Below, one piece after another: positions 26,612 through 38,959 of a DNA stretch of 64,000 bases. Location: contig OZ316892.1 of the NCBI GenBank assembly GCA_973895155.1, positions 1,925,223 through 1,989,222 of the forward strand, read 5' to 3'. The position numbers were made by a program, and so were the translations under genes. Below the pieces are notes generated by a model. That model saw only the letters and a program-made list of their open reading frames with translations. It ran no database searches and was not told the DNA's origin. Each line of letters starts with the position of its first letter. Position 1 is the first letter of the stretch. This DNA is from Marsupella aquatica (lineage: Eukaryota > Plantae > Marchantiophyta).

Positions 26612-26832
26612 ATGTGACTATACAGCACTTACAATCTTCTTTTTTTAATTAGAACTTGTTGATAAAAGTTCCAAATGTAGGTTTCAAGTCAAGTTTCTCT
26701 TGGTCACTCTCTGCGCTCTAGTGTGACTATACAGCACTTACAAGCTCTTTTTTTTAATTAGAACTTGTTGTTCAAAGTTCCAAATGTAGGTTTCAAGTCA
26801 AGTTTCTGTTGGTCACTCTTTGCACTCTAGTG
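26612..26832. repeat. ~110-bp tandem duplication
   Basis: tgtgactatacagcacttacaa...aattagaacttgttg...ttccaaatgtaggtttcaagtcaagtttct...ctctagtg is present twice. Confidence 0.85.
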
Positions 26833-29698
26833 CCCAGTGAAAACTTTACTTTGCTTTACAAGATATTTTCATGTAGGTTAAGAATCATTTTCAGCCACAT
26901 ATACTAAATCCTCCAAATGTTTAAACCCAAGTTTTTGTTTGTTTGCTGGGGAAGAGTGGGGGGGGGGGGGGGGGGCGCAAGGGGAAGGGAAGTCCCAAAG
27001 ATCCAGACAAGCTTGAACTGTGTTAGAAATGATTCTTGCAATTTGCATAAGGCCAAGGGTAATCTTACTTGATTTTAGTCGACACAAACAATAAGTGCAA
27101 TCCGTTTTGGCAGCACTAGCAATATTATGATTTTCTCTGGTTATCTCTGTTAAGAGTAATTTGAAAGTACAACTTTACGGTAGTATGGTTCAGAAATGAA
27201 CCGGATGGCTTGCTTTTGTCTCGCTAGTGTTGAGTATTGTTAAGAACTGGGCTTGAACAAAGCAAAAGCACCTACAGGCCAGCCATGAGCCTAGAACCAA
27301 GAGGGCCCAGGTTCAATACTCCCTCCACACACAAAGTGGTGTGTATGTGTGTTTTTGTGTGTGGTGTAGCGGTGTGAGTCATGGTTTCTCTTAAGCCCCT
27401 GGCTGGTCAGCTTTGGGACCCTGGTTTAATCCTTGCTCTCGCCTTTTCTGGGTCCCCTTTTGGTTATCCTATGGAGGCACATGCTCCAAAGTTGATAGTC
27501 TATCCTCAGCTGGATGGGTTTGCTTTTGGTTTCAAGGGCAAAATAATTAAGTTTAATTGAAAGGAAGTGAGGAAAGCAAGAACAAAAGGCAAACATGCAA
27601 ACCAGGAAGCTTCAAAGCCAAGTAATATGTTCCCAAGTGCAGTAGGTACAAAATGGATCACCCTAACCCCTCTGCCAACGATTTTCACAAAGATGGTTTC
27701 TAAAAATAGATTCCTTCCAATTCTAAGTAGTACTATCACACAACAAAAACATATTATTTTGATGCTTTATATAATAAAGATAAGATATACACGTTATCCT
27801 GTTGTTTCCTTTCCCCTTTTTCCTTTTAGTATTAACTAATACTAAAGTGTTTCAGGTTGAGCAGTCTTGAGTAAAGTGTGCGAGACACTTGACTTGGCTT
27901 AGGCATTCAGTATTCTTTGTAGGGCTGGGGCTGTTAGGCTTAAGGTTTCTAGACAATTTCTCTCTGCGACCCTCCAATGTGATTTACTGGTGAGCGTTAC
28001 CAGGATTCAGTTTGTTCCTCCGTAAGGTTTCGTTCTTTGGCCGGTGTTGGGGACTCTTGGTTTTTGTTGTTGCTCTTAGCTCTTCTTGGGTATTCCCCTG
28101 GATTTCCCCCTTTTGTTAGTCTCCGGTCTTTGGGATCCCGTCTCCAGATTAGGTGCTTGTTGTTCATTGGCAGCATGATATGTACTTACTCAAATTACTA
28201 AAGCTGTTTAGGACATACCATTAAAATCAAATATGATTTCTGTCTTGCACGGTCACAGAATAGAACACATGAAATCATATGCTCCCTACACATCGATTGT
28301 CAACCATTGTGGTGTGGTCTTGAGATGTTAGTTGACAATATTGTGTTTTCGGTCTAAAATAAGGAACAAAACATCTTTCGATTCTACTTTAGGGTTTAAA
28401 GCGGCAACAATAAGATAAGATCAACAATAATTTCTCTATCTTCGTGCACTGTTGCGCATCCAAATCTGGAGTGAGGGTCACACTGATTGATGAACATAGA
28501 CTAGTGTTAACTATCCTAACAGATGTAGTTGATAGAGCAAAATCATGAGCCCGATCATAAGCAGTCTGATCTGCAGAAGCACGATCCATACAAGAATTGA
28601 GATTTACAAGGATTCGTATTCGTGCGCTACCGTGTTGCATATATTCAAGGTTTGACAGATTATTTCTGGGAAAAAGTTTACTAGTGATCTACCATGATGC
28701 ATACCTGCAAAATATTGCAACGCAAAGACGAGACTTTAACTTTGGAAAGGTATGAGAGAAACTGCAACGCTTGGTAGCACATATATATCATTTGCTGATG
28801 ACTAGAAAGAGGCTGGAGTAAATTGAAAGCCTCTTGCTTCTTTAGACTATAAGAACCAGGACGCACCAATAGATGAATCACATCTGCCATCATTGCAGCC
28901 GTAGAAATGAAGTCTTCTTCACTTGATTGTGTTTGTTAACTGAAGAAAAACCTTCACAGTCAGAACGTACAGTCAGAACGTACAAAACGGCAGACGATTC
29001 TTAGCCTGGTTCTTCACGGAACAAAAATCACAGCCCCAATTCGAGGCCAGTGACTTTTCATACATTCAGAAAAAAACTGCTGATTTCAAGGGCGTCAGCC
29101 TCAGGTTGCCAAGATCACTATGACTGCAGCTCTGAACAATAAGCGGACCATCATTTAGCTACCTTTCCAGATAAGTTATCTAGTTCTTGTTTGCTTTCAT
29201 GCAATATAATTGGAGCACTTGTTCACCAGTTTAAGGCTTGCTCCTTTCAGTGACTTTCCTTTTCACCATGGTACACATGACTCTTCTTACCATAGTAAAC
29301 AACTTTCTATCCTCGGAACCGAAATTGAATCACATATCCAATACGGACTTTCTAAACCAGAAAATTCGTTGTCTGTTTTAAGTGTCCCCTTCGAAGTTAC
29401 CATTTAGCACAGTACAAAACTTTGGAAAAATGTAGTGACGACACCAGAGAGAACCCAACGAGAGACCCCGGCAGGAGGGGACTTCCTTCCCTTATATCAA
29501 AGTGGCTGAGAAGAATGGGGTGAGGTAGCCCAGTACTGAATAGGCATTCACCTTCAACGTCTGGATTGAAGTTGAGCCACTCGCTCTTGCACAGCCCTTC
29601 GTGCGAAAAGGAAGGAGGAGGATGGTCGGGGGTCCAATTCTTGCTCCGTGAACTCGTGGACTTAAATTGTCTTTCGGAACGACCCTACTATTCAAGTA

Positions 29699-31870
29699 TC
29701 AGGGATCTAGGCCTGTGGAATCGCCTCTTCTAGCTGCTGGTGGTAGCCGAGCTAAAATAGTTTCAGTGATTCCATCTGCATGGAGGCCCTTCTCTTTCAT
29801 CTCCTGCCAGAGATTCAAAGCAGCAGGCACACGACCTTGTTTGATAAGATTATCAATAACGAGGTTATAAGTCACCACATTGGGCTGGCACCCAACCTTT
29901 TTCATCTCTTGGAACATATAGAGGGCTGAATCAACCTTCTCTGCTACGAAAAAACCATCAATGAGGCTGGTGTAAGTGACTACGTCTGGAACGGTTCCCC
30001 TCTTCTGCATTTCCAAGAAGAGTTCACATGCAGAATCAATTTTCTTTACTTTCCCAAGACAGCTGATGAGGACGTTGTAAGTTACTCGGCCTGGCGTGCA
30101 GCCTGCTTCTGCCATTTCTTGAGCAACCTTGGAGGCAGTGTCTATTTGCCCTGCTTTGCATAGCCGGTTAATCATTATATTGTATGTACAAATATCTGGA
30201 TTGACGCCGAGGTCTTTCATTTCTTGAAATAGTCCCAAGGTCTTGTCAATCAAGCCCCGCTTCCCAAAACAATCCAACATATTGTTGAAGATGGTGGCAT
30301 CCGGTTTCAGATCTAGACGTATCATCTCCTCGTACACCTTACACACTTCATCGACCTTGGAAGCTTTGGTAAGACCCCTGATCATAATTGCGTAAGTAAC
30401 CTTATTGGCAATGCAACCTTTGGCTGCCATCTGCTCAAATAATTGGGAGGCAGCGTGAACATCACCCTTCTTCACAGCCCTGTCCATGATACTATTGTAG
30501 GTAACAGCATCAGCAATACCCTTGGCTCTATCGAAAAGCTCCATAGCTCCATCCCAATCATCTGCTCTCGCATATGCATCTATCAGGATGTTATAGGTTA
30601 CAATACCTGGTTGGTATCCTTTACTCACCATCTCATTTACGAGCTGAACTGCGTCAGCTACATTGCCTCTTCTCCCATACGCATGAATCAAACTATGATA
30701 CGTGTACGAAGTGGGCCTCACTCCTGCAGCAATCATGTCTTTGAAGATCCTAGAAGCTGCACTTAAGTAACCCTTCTTACCAAGACTTCCAATTACAATG
30801 GTGTATGAATACACATCTGGCACGTAACCTCTCTTAGCCATGTCGTTGAAAATATTGCTCGCTGTCGTCACCTGACCGACCTTGGCGAAGCCATCAATGA
30901 GCATATTGATGGTAGTGTTGTCAGGAGTAAATCCAGCTTCCATCATCTGCATGTACACTTCAGCACCTGTTTTCAGGTTGCCTGATTTGAGAGCTAGATG
31001 AATTATGGACTTGTATGTGAAAAAAGTTGGCGACCATCCGCACCCTTTAATTGTTTCCAACGTTTGGACAGCTTCATCCAGCAATTGGGACTGAGTGAAG
31101 AAGCCCACGAGGGCATTATTAAATGCGAGATTCTTCTCGCATCCGTCAGTGTCCATCTGCTCCATAAGATGCTTCACATCCTCGTGCTTCAGACAAGCTC
31201 CTGCACTTGCTAATATACGAGTGTAAACCGCAGTTGTGTGCTTGTACTCCGGCTGCGTCTTGGCCCACTGGAAGAATTTGAATGCCAAATCCGGGTGAAC
31301 TTGACGCTTCAAAACCTCGTAGACCAAGTATGGGGTCAGCTGAACTTTCAGCTCCGTGAGGGCTTTCTCTGTAGAATCTGTCCATTCTTCCCCACCGTGC
31401 AATATGTTGCAGAGACTCCCTATGATCTTCGCTTCCACGTACCCTGGATCCTCTTTCCTCCTATTATAGCCCCTTCTGTAGTAAACTCGCAAGTCCACAA
31501 TCTCGTTGCTACCCTTGAGCCTCCGCCAAAGATCATCTTCATCATGTTCTCTGTCATTAGAATGTTTGGGCGCTGCTGCTGCTGTAATCTGCCCTGAGAG
31601 CACCTGGGAGAAGCATCTCCCACCAATTCCACGAAGACAGCTCATCCAGTTTCTGGCAATTCTTTGAGGGAGGGGATGGACATTTCCTGAAAACCCTAAC
31701 GTTTGTCTGCCATGTAAAATCGAGTCTCCTGTGCCACCTTCCCATGCTGCTGCTGGACACGATGAAAAGAAGAGAGGCACCGGAACCTCGCTAATATGCC
31801 TCGCTGCTCTCTTCTCGGAAGCTCTGGAAAGACTCCAGGCATAAACTACCCGACTCCTCATCTTCATCAA
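29699..31870 (-). CDS. P-class pentatricopeptide repeat protein, probably organelle-targeted, single exon
   Basis: 723 aa with a tandem array of 35-aa PPR motifs (e.g. VYSYTIVIGSLGKKGYLSAASRIFKDMIAAGVRPT, VVTYTSLIDGFFVAEKVDSALYMFQEMKKVGCQPN), an AFKFFQWAKTQPEYKH motif and an R/S-rich N-terminus. No E/DYW domain. Confidence 0.95.
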   Translation of the reverse strand: MMKMRSRVVYAWSLSRASEKRAARHISEVPVPLFFSSCPAAAWEGGTGDSILHGRQTLGFSGNVHPLPQRIARNWMSCLRGIGGRCFSQVLSGQITAAAAPKHSNDREHDEDDLWRRLKGSNEIVDLRVYYRRGYNRRKEDPGYVEAKIIGSLCNILHGGEEWTDSTEKALTELKVQLTPYLVYEVLKRQVHPDLAFKFFQWAKTQPEYKHTTAVYTRILASAGACLKHEDVKHLMEQMDTDGCEKNLAFNNALVGFFTQSQLLDEAVQTLETIKGCGWSPTFFTYKSIIHLALKSGNLKTGAEVYMQMMEAGFTPDNTTINMLIDGFAKVGQVTTASNIFNDMAKRGYVPDVYSYTIVIGSLGKKGYLSAASRIFKDMIAAGVRPTSYTYHSLIHAYGRRGNVADAVQLVNEMVSKGYQPGIVTYNILIDAYARADDWDGAMELFDRAKGIADAVTYNSIMDRAVKKGDVHAASQLFEQMAAKGCIANKVTYAIMIRGLTKASKVDEVCKVYEEMIRLDLKPDATIFNNMLDCFGKRGLIDKTLGLFQEMKDLGVNPDICTYNIMINRLCKAGQIDTASKVAQEMAEAGCTPGRVTYNVLISCLGKVKKIDSACELFLEMQKRGTVPDVVTYTSLIDGFFVAEKVDSALYMFQEMKKVGCQPNVVTYNLVIDNLIKQGRVPAALNLWQEMKEKGLHADGITETILARLPPAARRGDSTGLDP

Positions 31871-33239
31871 GCTTGGAAGGACTCATACCTGCCTTAAGAT
31901 GCCGCTGGAATTCAGAAATGAGGCAACTATTGCCAATCTCGAACCGAACATCGATGAATTTCGACAAGTTCCTTCTCCCACGCATCCACAGCACCTCGCC
32001 TTCGTCCAAATCTCATCCACTCATACCCCAGCCGAGTCTCCTACGAGACACGAACCACTCAAAGAGACGCCCGTTGCACTAACAACCCTGGCATTTACTA
32101 TCTCCTGACTGTCACAGAGCTCCAACGCACGCAAAGCTCCACCGCTCTACCAAAGAAATTCCGGCAGTTCTGTATCACTGTGGGTCAGACCGTCGGCTCT
32201 CTTGGGCCGCAGCTCCACGAGACAGGATTCGCAAATTGTCATGAAGCTCTCCGTGCGTGATCGATCTATGGAGTTTTTTCACTTTCCTCCTGAACTCAAG
32301 CAAAGCGAACTTGGGGCTTCAAAGAGGGCACTTTGTCGCCCAAAGCCCCAAACCCTAAAGATGAAATGTTCCCACATTCTCTACTGGAGTTCGACTTTTC
32401 CACGCTGTGTTGCAGACTTATGGAATGTATTATTTATATTTTATGTTTAAGAGAATTCAAGACAGTGTGCCAAATGTATCCATAATCCAGGCAAGGAGCA
32501 ACCCACATTGGGGGCCAATCTAAGCCTCTACCTACAAACCACTCCAATCTTTATTAGGGGTTTATTTATTTTCTCTTAAGAGTAATGCACTCTGTTCAAG
32601 ATTTAAAAAAAACCCATAATAAACCTTCTACCAATTGACCAAGGTAGTCACCATTCACCCCAATTAGAGCGACATACTTGATTTACATGGTATGCCCTCC
32701 CTACTAACGTTTCAACCAAAATCCATTCACTGATCCACTAACCTATTCAGATGTGAAAACTATGGTTGAGGATGGCCAAGTGCATGAGGAGCCCACAAAC
32801 AACCAGATTGACTCGTCCCGTCCCATCTCACATGAAATGCAAGGGCAGTGGAAAACTTTAGTAAACACTATTGGGGTGCACATAATCTAAACAACATAAT
32901 ATTTAAATCCAACTCTTTCTTCTCATTGTCTGCTTTACAAAATCATGTCATGCCATTCTAACATAAATCCTCACTTGTGTTTGATTATGGTGACATTTTT
33001 CCTAAGCATGAAATGGACCTAAAGGTGCCACTATGCACCCTTTTTTTGTGTCCAACCTGATGCTCTCTCCACAACTTGCACATTCCTTGAAATTCAGTTG
33101 CCAGACCAATTTGTCAACTCCTTGTAGCGTCCAACTGTCTGACCATCTCATTTATGGTTGACAACACTTCCACCCAACACCAATTACTATCGACAATATT
33201 GTGTGATGCACGGTCAGTGGGCTACCAATAGTTAAAACA

Positions 33240-33470
33240 TGAATCATATGATCCCCAAAATTTATGTAGAGTCAGCTGGTTTGGGAGGAAGGCTGGCCAC
33301 CATAATGGTGTTGGCCTTCCATAGCAGACAAGGTCTTTACCCAATTCTTCCTCTTATTTGGGTTAAGGTAAACTGTCCCATCCCACGAGGAAGTGCACAT
33401 TTTGGTGAGTGTTGCTTTCCAAATGCAAACTTTGTAAAAGGTGCAGATCTTGGGTTTACACTTGAACCCT
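33240..33470 (-). mobile_element. Highly degraded LINE ORF2 fragment
   Basis: A minus frame gives HFLVGWDSLP*PK*EEELG, resembling the LINE hLVaWd.lc.PK..GGLG motif, with internal stops. Confidence 0.3.
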
Positions 33471-34557
33471 AAGACAGAAACAAGACTTTTTTAATTCACA
33501 ATATTTAAGTTTAGCTGAAATCAATCCCAGGATCTTTCATTTTGGGAATTAGCCTACAAGGAGGGCTCTACTATGAAGTGAGTCTTGTAGGGAATGTCTT
33601 AAATGTAGCAAAAATCAAACACTAATTGTACTTTGCAAGCTGTAGAGGGCATTCTATCACAGCAGAATGCCTGGCCCTGGTAAACTGGTCATCTAATTTA
33701 CAAATGGGAATTTGGGGACCAGGGTCACAGACCTACTGCAGTATTTGATTTCATGGCCTATGCTGTAGCATGAAAATGAAACCCGGATGGAGCTCCATGT
33801 TGGACAGAGTGGTCCGTGTATCACATTTTGGTGGTACATGGGAGTTTTGGGCTTATAACTTGATGATTAGGAGTCTTAAATTTAATTTAAATTTTTCATA
33901 TGCGAGGCAACTAGAGAAGGAGGAGATAAGAAAACACAAACCCTAATGTTTCATATTGACACAATGAAAATTAATTTCATAGAATTCACCCCTCCACATT
34001 CCATGATGAATAACTCAACTAAAATGGTCAAAGATTCACCCTCACTTTGATGCAAGTGTAACTTTCCCATACCTCTTATACATCCTCAAAACTAAAACAT
34101 ATTTGATGCAAGTGTAACTTTACTACCCTTCTAGTACATCCTCACAACTAAAAAAAATTTGAATTTATCAGAATCAAATTCTTACAATTAAACTCAAATT
34201 TTGGAAAATTTTCAAAGACCCACCTTGTGGTACATGGGAGCATCACTTTCTACAGTAGATTTCCACCGTTTTCCTTCGAGGGGCCTCAAATTTCACTTCT
34301 AATTCTAAAATGCTTGGAATGTACCCAGTTTCATCGAGGTTGGTTGTGTTGAAGGTTGAGAGATCGCCCGTCGTCCTTCAGTCTGAGCTTGAATTCTGTT
34401 CAGAGAGCATCAAACAATGTGGAGGTAACTGGACAGGAACGCCAACGATTCGAGCCTTTTTTTTCTCATCAAGCTAAGGGCCAGCTCGTAGCGGAGTTTG
34501 ACAGTGGAGCTTGGTTGTGGAGTGGTTGTGGAGTATTGGAGTGGATCGAAGAAGAAG

Positions 34558-36017
34558 ATGTTTAGGAATCAGTATGATACAGACGTTACGACATGGAGTC
34601 CTGCGGGCCGACTGCACCAGGTGGAATACGCAATGGAGGCAGTGAAGCAAGGGAGTGCCGCGATAGGGCTGCGGTCGAAGACGCATGTGGTGATGGCCAC
34701 GGTGAACAAGGCGTCGTCGGAGCTGTTGTCACATCAAAAGAAGCTGTTCAAGATCGACGACCACATCGGGATTGCCATGGCCGGGCTCACGGCTGACGGG
34801 CGTGTGCTGTCTCGCTACATGAGGTCGGAGTGCATCAATCACAATTTTGTGTACGAATCTCCTCTTGCCGTCGGTCGCTTGGTGGTTCAAGTAGCCGATA
34901 AAGCACAGGTTGGTTGAATTGCCCCTCTGTTTCCCTTGTTACAGTCTCGGGATCTTCCCGTGGGTTTTGGCTTGCTTGAAATGTGATGCTTAGCAGGTTG
35001 CATTCCCAAAACCCCACGTATATGAGATCCCAGGTTGGGCAGCAGTCCTAAACCAGCTTTGTGTATGGAATAAAATGTTTTCGTCTGATGTGGGTACGTA
35101 TGGTGCATGCTATGACCTCGTTAGGGTTGGACCTCTTCCTGAGACCCATTGCAAACACGCGACATGACAATCATAGAAGGATCAGTTAGATTATATGATA
35201 CTCCCGTCACTTTTTGTAGTTGAATCACATATCTCTTCGGCAAATTTCCATTCTTACCACCTTGGTGGTTGCGAAAAAAATGAGCGTGAGCTTCCGATCG
35301 TTGAAGGGGTTTTATATCTGTGTCCCTGGATATTGCAAAATTGGTTTCTGTTAATTTTGAAAGTTTTCAATGCTATTCAACTGAACAAATTGTTTCAGGT
35401 CATGTTTCAAAATGTCTTACCATGCTTTCCTTCGTAGGCTTTCTATGGAAGGACATGTACAACAGAGGCTGCATGGTTAATTCAATGTTTTTGTTCTTGC
35501 CTTCCAGGTTTGCACCCAGAGGTCCTGGAAACGACCCTATGGTGTTGGGTTATTGGTAGCAGGCATGGATGAAACTGGCCCTCATCTCTATCAAAATTGC
35601 CCTTCTGGAAACTATTTTGAATATCAAGCTTTTGCTATTGGATCACGCTCACAAGCTGCTAAGACATATCTAGAGCGCAAGTTTGAAACTTTTTCGGATT
35701 GTACAAAGGATGAGTTAATACGCCACTCACTGCTTGCAGTGAAAGAAACTCTACAAGAAGAAGAGTTGACTAGTGGAAACTGCGGGGTGGCTGTAGTGGG
35801 AATTAACGACAAATTCAAGATTTTAGATCCCAAGGAATTACAAGAATATATTAACAGCTTGGAAGAGGGGACCAAGGAGGAAGTCACTCCCATAGAAGAG
35901 GGTGCACCACCAACTGTAGAAGCTCCAGCAGAGCTCTTGCGCAGGGAAGGATCTGGGGGAGTGGAAGTCCCTGCAGACGGAGATGGACCGCTTCCCTATT
36001 GGCTGCATCTTAGCTAA
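34558..36017 (+). CDS. PAF1: 20S proteasome subunit alpha type-1 (alpha6); exons 34558-34908 and 35508-36017
   Basis: Exon 1 starts [34 protein letters not shown]. The phase-0 GT-AG intron joins ADKAQ to [19 protein letters not shown], followed by [17 protein letters not shown]. Confidence 0.95.
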
Positions 36018-36545
36018 TTTGCAATTCCTGGTATTTTAGTTAGCTATGCTATGCTATATGCTTGGGCATCATCTGGAAAGCCATTGTTGCCCACTAGCCT
36101 TTCTTCCCGGTAGACTGCATTTAAGTTAAATGGCAAGCATCAAGGTACATACTATTATTTGCCCACTTCACCTTTCTTCCCTAGTGGCTGCATTTTAGCT
36201 AAATTGCAATTCCTGGTATTTTAGCTAGCTATGCTATGCTATCTGCTTGGGCATCATCTGGAAAGCCATTGTTGCCCACTTGCTATTGGCTGCATTTTAG
36301 TTAAAATTGCAACAATCAAGGTACATACTATTATTTGCCAACTTTGCCTTTCTTCCCTATTGGCTGCATTTGAGCTAAATTGCAATTCCTTGTCTTTTAG
36401 CTAGCTATGATATACTATCTACTTGAGCATCATCTAGAAAGCCATTGTTGCCCACTTGCTATTGGCTGCATTTTAGTTAAATTGTAGCAATCTAGGTACA
36501 CATTATTATATGCCCACTTTGCCTTTCTTCCCTAGTGGTTGCATT
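35991..36545 (+). repeat. Tandem repeat, ~176-185-bp unit x3 (family C), overlapping the PAF stop codon
   Basis: cttcccta(t/g)tgg(c/t)tgcat recurs at 35991, ~36176, ~36352 and ~36527. An inverted partial copy lies at 55468-55613. Confidence 0.85.
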
Positions 36546-36569
36546 GTTGAGCATAGACGATAATTACAA

Positions 36570-36857
36570 TGGCAAACCCATGAACCATCCAACGCACAAG
36601 TATCAACACCGAGAGATATGTGATTCACTTCCACATGAGACTACATTCATGGGAACATACAGGAGCTTTACTGCACTCTAGGTCGACCGACCATACCAAG
36701 CATCCATAGCACAAGGTCTCCCTATTTCTCAATTGGCACCGTAACAATGAGCTTAAATTCATACTATCCAAGCAAACACCGCTTGGGTATAGTATTGCAC
36801 AACATGACTAACTTAACCTAGTCTACCTAACCTAGTCTATGACTAAGGTTAGCCCTA
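36570..36857 (+). repeat. Dispersed repeat family A, copy 2
   Basis: Aligns by eye with 3905-4172. Confidence 0.8.
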
Positions 36858-37949
36858 ATTGCGGTATAGTTTGTTTTGCCTGAGTCATTCTCATCTCGCG
36901 AGTTAACACTTTGGTTGTTTGACACTTTAGAATAGTTTTCTGTTTTTTATGACTTTATATTATATTGACATCTTTGATATTTTATTAGTAGATTTAGATT
37001 AGTCCCAAAAGTTTGAGTTTCTGCCAAGTAATAGATTATAGGTAGAGGAATGCACTGGCAAATTTTCAGTGCAAATGGAGTTCAAGGTAGAATTTTTAAA
37101 AATAAAAAAGAATAGGTGTCTAGTAGTTTTGTCGCAAAACCGCTAGGCCGCTAAGCCGTTTAGCCATTTCATCGCAAGTTAACCGGGGGGTACTCCTGAG
37201 TGAAAAGAGGATACTCTAAAATATCTAATGAGGAGGAGGATACTCCTGTGTGAGAAGAGGATACTCTAAAATCAACTAGGGTACTCTAATGTGGACGAGG
37301 GTATTGAAAAGAAAAGAAAAGAAGAAGCAGAGGGTAATCAAAGGAGCAATTAATCCGTGGACCCCCATGTTCATCCAATGAATGTGTACGTGTGTGATGA
37401 AGTGAAATCAATTTTCAACCGGTAACCGATGATTTTGAGTCTCCCAACAATCTTGGTTGAGATGATCTCTTTGGTTTATCAAGAAGGTTGAATATGGAGA
37501 AATTGAGTTTTTTGATGATTTTTGCTTACACATTGAAGAAATCATATTTCTACAATTCATGATTGATTGTTTGTCAGTTACATTGAGCATTACCGCCACA
37601 AGACAGACTGGAGGACAACACTCAGTTGTTGGCGAAAGAGCACTTGTTGATTTGGTGGGAAGAACACACAAAACAGATGAGTCATCACTTCACATGAAGG
37701 ATTTATAGTTTTTTATTTAAGAAAGCTATGGTGTGAGGGGGAGACCAGCAATGGTTTCTTTGATATAGAGGTTGCATTTGGCATCAACCTATGCTCAGAG
37801 TGAGCTTCAATTGAAGGTTGGAGGGACGCAAACAATTCAAGTCGAGAAGCAAGCGTTGCGAACAGGCGATGGCGACGTAATCAAATAAATCAATTTGCAA
37901 CGGCTAAGTTTGTGACGGTGATGAGATTGTGACATCTCTTACTTGAGAA

Positions 37950-38420
37950 AGGGTTTCCAATGAGCCTCAGATTGAACAAATTTTGTCAAGTTCCAATTGA
38001 GTTTTTGAATTTTTCTGCCTTTCCAATGAGTGTGACAATAAGAATTTTTGATCATGAGGTCATGAATTTTTTTAGCTTTCCAACATTGAGTTCAACATTG
38101 ACAAATTTCATGTCAGATTTTATCACAGTCAATATCTCTAGCTTTCTAATGTGTGACATTGGGAGTATTCGTAAAAAATTAGAGAGATCATGAGTATCCA
38201 ACGTTCTCTAGTTTTCCAATGAACCTAACATTGATAGATTTGGTCAAGTACTAAGGAGATGATGAGTTTCTAACTTTACTCTAGCTTTCCAATGAGTGTG
38301 ACATTGAGAGATTTTATCAAGACAATATTAAAGAGGCCATGAATTTCTAAATGTTGAGCTTGAGCTTTCCAATGAATCAAACATTGAATCAAACATTTCA
38401 TCAAGTACTAAGGAGATGGA
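37950..38420. repeat. Degenerate tandem repeat (tagctttccaatga...acattga units)
   Basis: About 7 recurrences of a (c)tttccaatgag.....acattg-like unit. Confidence 0.65.
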
Positions 38421-38959
38421 TTATTTAGTTTTACAATGTGGAGCCAAAGGGTTTCTAACTATGTACAATTTTATCGATTGGTTTTTTCAAACTTGCAACA
38501 TTTAAAAAATACATTATTTTGATGTAAAATATTGACATATCATTGACAAACATCATAATGGTAATTTCATTTTACTAAATGACATCTCTTCCTTTGTATG
38601 TTCATTTTTTACGCTTATTACTTATGGCACGGCGCCCCAAAAATTACATTGTTTTTGCCACAAACATGAATGTGCACTTTTGTTACTGTCAAAAATATTA
38701 TTTTTCCTGTTTGTGGCTGGTTGTGCTGATATGGCGCAACCTTGTGGCAAGGAATTTGCAAGGGACCTCTCTAGGGGTCCATAAAGAAAATATAGAGAAT
38801 TACTCTATTGATAATCAACCTGGATGAGGTATGGAATTAGACAAGACTGAAGACTCAACCCATCATTGATTGGTGAGATATGGTGGTTGGGAAATTCCAT
38901 GATTGCAAGGAGTGTGGTTGAAGAGGCAGGTCAAATTGAAGGTGACAATGTTAATATCA

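Noticed and set aside
27280-27340. tRNA gene suggested by a ggttcaat B-box-like motif
   Set aside because: No cloverleaf or acceptor stem can be formed; at most a SINE relic.
37175-37190. aaccggg as the missing terminus of the relic hAT copy
   Set aside because: It is in right-end orientation on the wrong side of the relic, has no GC-rich subterminal array, and has no matching TSD.
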